In this document: piece by piece, positions 1 through 64,000 of the stretch | How the letters are laid out: every line of letters starts with the position of its first letter | How positions within the stretch are numbered: the stretch's first letter is position 1 | Assembly: GCA_030141605.1 (NCBI GenBank) | Contig: JAQGDQ010000298.1 | Location: 124,001-188,000, forward strand | Length of the DNA: 64,000 nt | From: Tubiluchus corallicola | Taxonomy: Eukaryota > Animalia > Priapulida | Direction: 5' to 3' | Translations under genes and position numbers: made by a program | The notes under the pieces: generated by a model | What the model was told of the DNA's origin: nothing | The model's input: only the letters and a program-made list of their open reading frames with translations | Databases searched by the model: none

Positions 1-57197
<57,197 letters not shown>

Positions 57198-57296
57198 CTT
57201 AACACAGGATTAATCACAAATGGAGTAATCTCAACTGCCACCCTACACCTCCAACTGTATTCGGATTTTGATGAAAAGCAGACGCCCAGTCACTAG

Positions 57297-57417
57297 CAGT
57301 TAGATGGCAGCACCGTGTGGTACTTTATGGCTTCGTGTGCTGCTTTCTTCTTTTACAACAGCCTTGAATCAGAATCCACGTCTTTCGATAATGAAATCAT
57401 TCGCTAGATGGCAGCAG
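57297..57417 (+). promoter_or_regulatory. Pair of CTCF-like motifs 100-220 bp upstream of the start codon
   Basis: cagttagatggcagcac (57297-57313) and tcgctagatggcagcag (57401-57417) match the CTCF core ..TAGATGGCAGCA. Confidence 0.45.
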
Positions 57418-57489
57418 AATTCAAGTTGTTGTATAAATAAATATTTAAGCTAGGTTATATAAATAACATTGTTTATGCTAAGGTGGAAA

Positions 57490-58810
57490 CATTGGTATCA
57501 TTTGTGTGATGTATGCACGAACGGATGAGAGCATTGTTTGTGAGGTGAGCAAGAAGCCACGAGCTGCTTGATATCAATGGATGTATGATTTTTGCATGAA
57601 TGTGAACAATGTTTATGTAATTTGTGTGTGGATGTGTCTATGGATGGCTTTGTTACATTGCTGACTTGCTTGACAAGTGATGAGTGCTTGAGAGTGTTGC
57701 TTATGTGTGACGTGTGAATGAATAACTAGGTAACATTGTTTACGTGACGTCTGCGTGAATGGCTTGTCCGTGTCATTTGTGTGATGTGTTCATGAATGGC
57801 TTTGTAACATTGTTTACGCATCGTCTGCATGAATGGCTTGTCCGTGTCATTTATGTGTGATGTGTCCATGAATGGATTTGTAACATTGTTTACGCATCGT
57901 CTGCATGAATGGCTTGTCCGTGTCATTTATGTGTGATGTGTCCATGAATGGATTTGTAACATTGTTTACGCATCGTCTGCATATATGGCTTGTCCGTGTC
58001 ATTTATGTGTGATGTGTCCATGAATGGCTTTGCAACATTGTTTACGTGATGAGTGCATGAATAGCTTGACAGTGTTGTTTATGTGTCAAGAGCGCATGGA
58101 TATCTTGATGGCACTGTTCGTGTGATGTGTGCATGAGCAAATTGACAGTTTGTTTATGTGCTACGTGTGCACAAAAGCTTGACAGTATTGCTTACGTGTA
58201 CACAAAAGCTTGACAATATTGCTTACGTGTGCACAAAAGCTTGACAGTATTGCTTACGTGTGCACAAAACCTTGGCAGTATTGCTTACGTGTGCACAAAA
58301 CCTTGGCAGTATTGCTTACGTGTGCACAAAAGCTTGACAATATTGCTTACGTGTGCACAAAACCTTGGCAGTATTGCTTTCGTGTGCACAAAACCTTGGC
58401 AGTATTGCTTGCGTGTGCACAAAAGCTTGACAGTATTGCTTACGTGTGCACAAAAGCTTGGCAGTATTGCTTACGTGTGCACAAAAGCTTGACAGTATTG
58501 CTTACGTGTGCACAAAAGCTTGGCAGTATTGCTTACCTGTGCACAAAAGCTTGGCTATATTGCTTACGTGTGCACAAAAGCTTGATAGTATTGCTTACGT
58601 GTGCACAAAAGCTTGACAGTATTGCTTAAGTGTGCACAAAAGCTTGGCAGTATTGCTTACGTGTGATGTGCAAATGAACTTGATAAGACTGCCTGCACAA
58701 ATGACTTGAAAGTGTTGATTATGTGTGATGTGTTTTAACGGCTTGATAGCATTGTTTCTGACACTTGCACGTGTGATCTGATAGTACCGTTTATGTGATG
58801 TATGCATCAG
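57490..58810. repeat. Composite satellite: degenerate ~37-bp monomers, 74-76-bp dimers (57730-58050) and 31-bp units (58162-58663, ~16 copies)
   Basis: gtaacattgtttacg recurs at 57730, 57804, 57880, 57956; 31-bp unit gtgtgcacaaaagcttgacagtattgcttac. Confidence 0.9.
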
Positions 58811-59454
58811 CAGCTTAGCTGCCATCATTAACATAAACGAACTCTTGTTCGGTTAATACAATACAGCTGCAGCGCAGCCTTTGAAACATAGCGAATTCGT
58901 TGAGATGGTAATGCTCTATGCATAAGGATGCTGATTTAAACAGGGAAACACTTCTTACCAAAGCTTTAAATAAAAGAACTAAAAATAATTACTCGTTAAA
59001 GCTCCTTGTAAGTGTACATTGACACATTTTCATATTTTTTTTTCTCAAATCTTGTTGCTCCAATATGGAACTAATTGCTTGGTTCTGTAAATAATTCACC
59101 ATTAGTTATTGTCGGAAATTTTAAGTTATTTCATAAAGACCTTAACATGTTAATTTAACGTTTCTTAAACTCCACAGACACATGTAAGTAACTTTGATCT
59201 GTGTGTTTTGCACATCTTAATAAGTGCCAGCAGTGTGCTAGCATAAATTTGTACAGTATTTTTATTATTTTATGAAACTTTTTTTATGCACTAATAGATA
59301 TGGGATAAACTAAAATTTAAAAACTTTTAGGAGTGAAAGTTGTCAAGTACAAGCTATTATGCATTTGTCAGCACATTGAAAATATCAAAATTACAGTTAC
59401 AAACAATGTTGCAATCACAGTTACAAACAATGTTTATGTTACAATCATGAATAA

Positions 59455-59699
59455 AAGTTCAATAACGATAACTTTCAATTTTGTCCACGGCAATTTCAAT
59501 CGTTCAATCTTTAATCGAGTTTTTGTATGTACTGTAATTCTTGGTACTTTTTCAATTCCGATAACTTTTAATTTTGTCCACTACATTTATCAATCGTTCA
59601 ATCTTTAATGGAGTTTTTCTGTGCTATAATTGTTGGTTCGAGTTCAATACCGATAACTTTCAATTTTGTCCACGAATATTTCAATTATTCAATCTTTAA
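59455..59699. repeat. ~91-bp satellite, left part (interrupted by piggyBac)
   Basis: Unit ...gataactttcaattttgtccacggcaatttcaatcgttcaatctttaatggagttttt...; resumes at 62211. Confidence 0.85.
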
Positions 59700-62210
59700 C
59701 CTTTATCTTACCAATGTTCCATAAATGGAACATACTTTTTATGGCGCCATCGCAGCTCACATGCTTAATTTATCGAGGCAATTCTACCTCTATCATGATG
59801 TCCTGACATGTCTCTTACTTTGTTGGGAAACTGAACTTTTTATATTGAGATTCAAATTTTTCATGCTTGCCCAACTAATGCCTAAAAATACGAAATTTGA
59901 CCGCGCAATTTCAAATTGGCCTGAAAAAGTGCAGAGTGAACTTCAGTGGAAATTGGCTGCACTGCCTAAAAGCTTACACTCCAAGGTATTGATTGGCAAT
60001 ATAACAGATCGTACATTCGGTTGCTAAGTACTAAAAAAATACTGTAATATTTTGGTGTTCCATTTATGGAACATTGGTAGGATCAGCACGTTTTAGGTTG
60101 CAGTGTACAATGGAGCGTGGCTCCCCACAGTCATGCTTACAGTGTGCAGCTTATTGCCAAGTAGCGTAGCGCTCACTGCCATTGTTCTTGATACTTTCCT
60201 AACAAGTTGAGTGAAACACAACATTTTGTGGATACCAGCGTTACCAAAACACACGAACAGAGTGAACACCCAGTCAACGTGGTCCTGCTTCCTCCCGCCG
60301 CAGGAGACGAAGCTGATCAAGACAGTGATTTGGAGGACAGCCAAGAAGATGTTGACTTCGAGCCGGTGGGAGAGATGGAAGTGGAGGAGGAAGCGGATGA
60401 CGATGTAGTCGAGAATGAAGAACCACCAAGTAAATCCGCCCGTCGTGGAGAACGAAGACAACTTCCAAATTGGAGAAAGAAAACTGACTTCGACAAGATA
60501 TTACCCACTGCTGATATCACGTTGTCTGATGAACAGAATGCATTGGAAGGCGAGACTCCATACGAGTTGTGGAGAGAAATCTTTTCCGACAATTTGATGA
60601 ATGATGTTGTTGAGCAGACACTACTCTACGCACGTCGGGATAAAAACAAGCCCAGCTTTACAGTCACAAAGTCAGAAGTATGACGGTTCATCGGATGTCT
60701 AATTGTGTCAGGTTACCACAGTCTTCCTGAAGAGCACCACTACTGGTCAACACAACCTGATTTGGGAGTTCCAGTCATTTCCAACGCAATGAGCAGAAAC
60801 AGGTTTCAGGAAATAAAAAGGTACATTCACTTCGCCGATAATCAGAACCTCGCTCGTGGAAATAAGTTCGCAAAAGTAATGCCATTATATGACGTTCTCA
60901 ATGCCAACATTGTTCGGTTTGGTGTGTTCCACAATCTTTTGAGCGTAGACAAAAGCATGGTGCCTTATTTCGGGCGACACGGGGGCAAGATGTACATAAA
61001 AGGAAAGCCCATCAGATTTGGATACAAAATATGGTGTTTCTGCGGTGCTGACGGCTACCCATATGCAATGCGACTGTACCAAGGGAAGGAAGAAGGTGCA
61101 GACCGTGACATCCCGTTAGGAACTCGAGTTGTACAGAATATGGTGAAGTTTGTTTCGGAAAACTCGGACGTTCGCCGCTACGAACTGTTCTATGAAAATT
61201 TTTTTACTTCGTATGATCTGTTGAGTGACTTGTCTGCGGCAAGCTTGAAAGCAACAGGAACTGTCCGAGAAAACAGAACACGTGGTGCTTCGAAATCTAT
61301 GATTTCCAAGAAAGAACTTGCCAAGAAGGATAGGGGCACATTTGATTACAGGTCAGATGGCAATGTCTACGTAACAACTATCAAACCCATCTTCCGATTC
61401 ACCAGGTGAAAAGGAGAACAAAAGGGGGAGAGAAGGACGTTGCCCAGCCTCACCTTGTCAATGCATACAATCAGGGTATGGGCGGAGTGGACCTATTTGA
61501 TCGCCTTCCTCCACTTCTTCTACTGGCCACTCTTCCTAAATGCAGTGAACGTATCCATTGTTGCAGCGTGGCGGCTTTACTGTGTCCTTCATCCTGATAC
61601 AGTGATGACTCATTTGGACTTTCGGCGGAATGTGGCTTTGTGCCTACTAAAAGCGGACACTGAACCATTTGCTGTTCGAGGCGTAGGTCACGGGCCTATG
61701 GGCCTTCCAGTCGAAGCGAGGTTTGACGGTCGAAATCACCAGGCTGTGACAACGACTCAGGGACGATGTAAAGTATGTAAAACAAACACGAAACGAATGT
61801 GCAACAAGTGTGGAGTGCGGCTCCACAGTGAGAGGCAGAAGGACTGCATTATCGTGTACCACCGCCGCTAGGGCGAGGTGTATATGCACATGCAGTGTGA
61901 TGTGCATGTGCATGTTCAGTCGTGCACATGAAGAAATATCATGTGTTGTATACATACATTGTGTTGTCATGGTATTGCTGTAAATAAACATCGAAAATGC
62001 AATGCAACATGCATCAATATTCAGTGTGTCCTTTTGTAAGTAACACGTGCTGATCTTCCCAATGTTCCATAAATGGAACATTCCATATCTCCGTAACCCG
62101 TGAAGGGATTTGCCTGAAACTTGTTACATACAATAGGTATGTTAATAGAACACATCCATGTAAAAATGAATAAAAACGGACAGCTAGAAGTATTCGCGGT
62201 AATATAAAGG
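59700..62210 (+). mobile_element. Full-length piggyBac DNA transposon, PGBD3/PGBD2-like, inactivated
   Basis: TTAA TSD (59696-59699, 62211-62214); 13-bp TIRs CCTTTATCTTACC / CCTTTATATTACC; transposase remnants inside. Confidence 0.95.
60207..61871 (+). pseudogene. Disrupted piggyBac transposase
   Basis: Motifs YWS...MSRNRF, KPIRFGYKIW, YNQGMGGVDLFD and a C-terminal Cys-rich domain (CKVC...CNKC...H...C). Lesions: in-frame TGA at 60681-60683, SVDKSM instead of SVDESM, second catalytic D reading E (YENFFTS), and two deletion/frameshifts near 61370-61410 and 61505-61520. Confidence 0.92.
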
Positions 62211-62720
62211 TTAATGGAGCTTTTGTATGTGCTATAATTGTTGGTACAAGTTTAGTACAATTACTTTCAATTTTATCCACGGCAATTTCAATCGTTCAAT
62301 CTTTAATGGAGTTTTTTATGTGCTATAATTGTTAGTACAAGTTCAATACAATTACTTTCAATTTTATCCACGGCAATTTCAATCGTTCAATCTTTAATGG
62401 ACCTTTTTTCGATGCTATAATTGTTGGTACATTTTCAATGCCGATTACTTTCAATTTTGTCCACAATTGTTCATCTTTACGAAACCTTTTTTCGTACTGT
62501 ATCTTTCAATGATTATGTTCAGTTTCAACAAGGGCATTTTGATCTTGTAATCTTTAATTGGATGCTGTTATTCAACTTCAACAAAAGAATTTTGATCTTG
62601 TAATCTTTAATCGGATGTTGTTATTCAACTTCGACAAAGTAATTTCGTTCATGTAATGTTTAAATAGCGGCTGTTTTCTGTACCGTTATTGTTGGTACAG
62701 TTTCAATGCTGACTGTTACG
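62211..62720. repeat. ~91-bp satellite, right part, decaying distally
   Basis: gctataattg recurs at 62231, 62322, 62414. Confidence 0.85.
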
Positions 62721-63189
62721 TTCAAGTTTATCAAGCAGTTTTAACTGGGCAATCTTTCATAACGTGCATTTCTCCATATGTCGTGACAGGCGTTTTTCCC
62801 TGATACCTTGATATTTTTTGAAATATTCTAGTTTCGGTACTGTTTACCTTCGTCATTGTCACTTTATGTGATATATTAGCAGTAGTTGCCACCACTGTTA
62901 ACAGTTTTACTTGTTTACTGCTTTAGTACTGATTAATAATCAGTGATTATGTTCAATTTCATCAAGTCAATTCTTTAAAATATTCAGTTTCTCTCTTATA
63001 ATGCATTTGTTGCCCTGATGGCAGTTTTTTACGTGACATTAATAGTGACTCGCATCACGTTATTATGTCTCTTCATTTGTCGCCTTGATGGCAGTTTTTT
63101 TCGTTACTATTACATCATTTTATGTGACACGTTGAAGATGGTACTTTCCATCACTGTTCCATAACATCCATCACTATGCTGTGACATGG

Positions 63190-63456
63190 TTATTACAACT
63201 ACAACTACGTACAGTTGTTGCTGTTTGAAAGTTTTCGTTTTTTACTGTAGGTATGGAGGCGTTGAAGTGTCTCGCTGAGAAAAATTGCTAAATCTTTTTT
63301 CGCAACTTTGATAAATTTACAATTTGTATATATAGGTTGCAAAAAACGATTTTGCAATTTTTCTCAACGTGACACTTCAAGGCCTCTATACCTACAGTCA
63401 AAAAAATACGAAAACTTTTAAACAGCAACAACTGTACGTAATTGTAATTGTAATAA
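63190..63456. repeat. Inverted repeat/hairpin MITE, ~115-bp arms
   Basis: ttattacaactacaactacgtacagttgttgctgttt... pairs with ...aaacagcaacaactgtacgtaattgtaattgtaataa. Confidence 0.85.
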
Positions 63457-64000
63457 TCACTATTATTAATATATAGATGCTTAATCAACAGGCTTCAGTG
63501 GTTATAAGAAATGGAAACGCGCCAGTCGCAGAAGCAAAAGTAACAAAGAGAGCGGTAAACATCAACTATGGATGGTTAGTTATTTAATTTTATTACCGTT
63601 TTAGAGTTAACATGCTAATAATACTGGTCTTATGAGGCCTAATTTACAATTAAAGAAGACTACAGGTGTTTTTAAATGACTGGCACCGCTGAAAATCATT
63701 AAGTACACACAAAAGAACTAGTTTTTAGCAATCAACATATTTTGCTACCAGTGCAGACTATAGTTTTACTGTTGTCTATTTACTGTTGTCTTACTGCACT
63801 TTTTCCAGTTGATAACTAATAAAAAGAAATAGCAAGAAGCAACACCAAAATCACAAACCTCATGATCTTGACTTGGTCAGGTGTTGTCTTACTTGTACCA
63901 GAATCTTTTCTTTTTATTGTTTTATCCCGGGCTAGATAATTCAAACTTACTGTAGCTTCAATCAGTCCACTAAGATGCATGTAATCCATCGTTACGATAT

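Noticed and set aside
60207-61871. Active or domesticated PGBD gene
   Set aside because: Premature stop, altered catalytic motifs and two frameshifting deletions; TIRs and TSD retained as in a decaying transposon

Overview
AT-rich eukaryotic (invertebrate animal-like) genomic DNA, not prokaryotic. Most of the window (1-57197, minus strand) is one multi-exon gene reconstructed by hand from GT-AG boundaries. Its 14 coding exons splice in consistent phase (3497 nt, >1165 aa) and it runs off the window start. It encodes an N-terminal PDZ domain (PWGF type), a Glu/Val/Thr/Lys-rich segment, a long Pro/Ala/Gln linker with repeated P-x-W motifs and a PPTY motif, then two synaptopodin/myozenin (calsarcin)-type 'RGAxMF.K+...K/RW' motifs, i.e. 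a SYNPO2/myopodin-like Z-disc protein. The introns hold hAT- and Kolobok-like MITEs, foldback elements, LINE 3' fragments, many mini/microsatellites, and a complete 5S-rRNA-headed SINE with a bipartite RTE body and target-site duplication. Upstream lies a full-length but disrupted PGBD3-like piggyBac (59700-62210) inserted at a TTAA in a satellite. Best leads: a frame-compatible intronic exon encoding a transmembrane helix, the 5S/RTE chimeric SINE, and the MER85/PGBD3-like palindrome and exon-trap layout of the piggyBac. Family assignments come from recalled motifs, not database searches.
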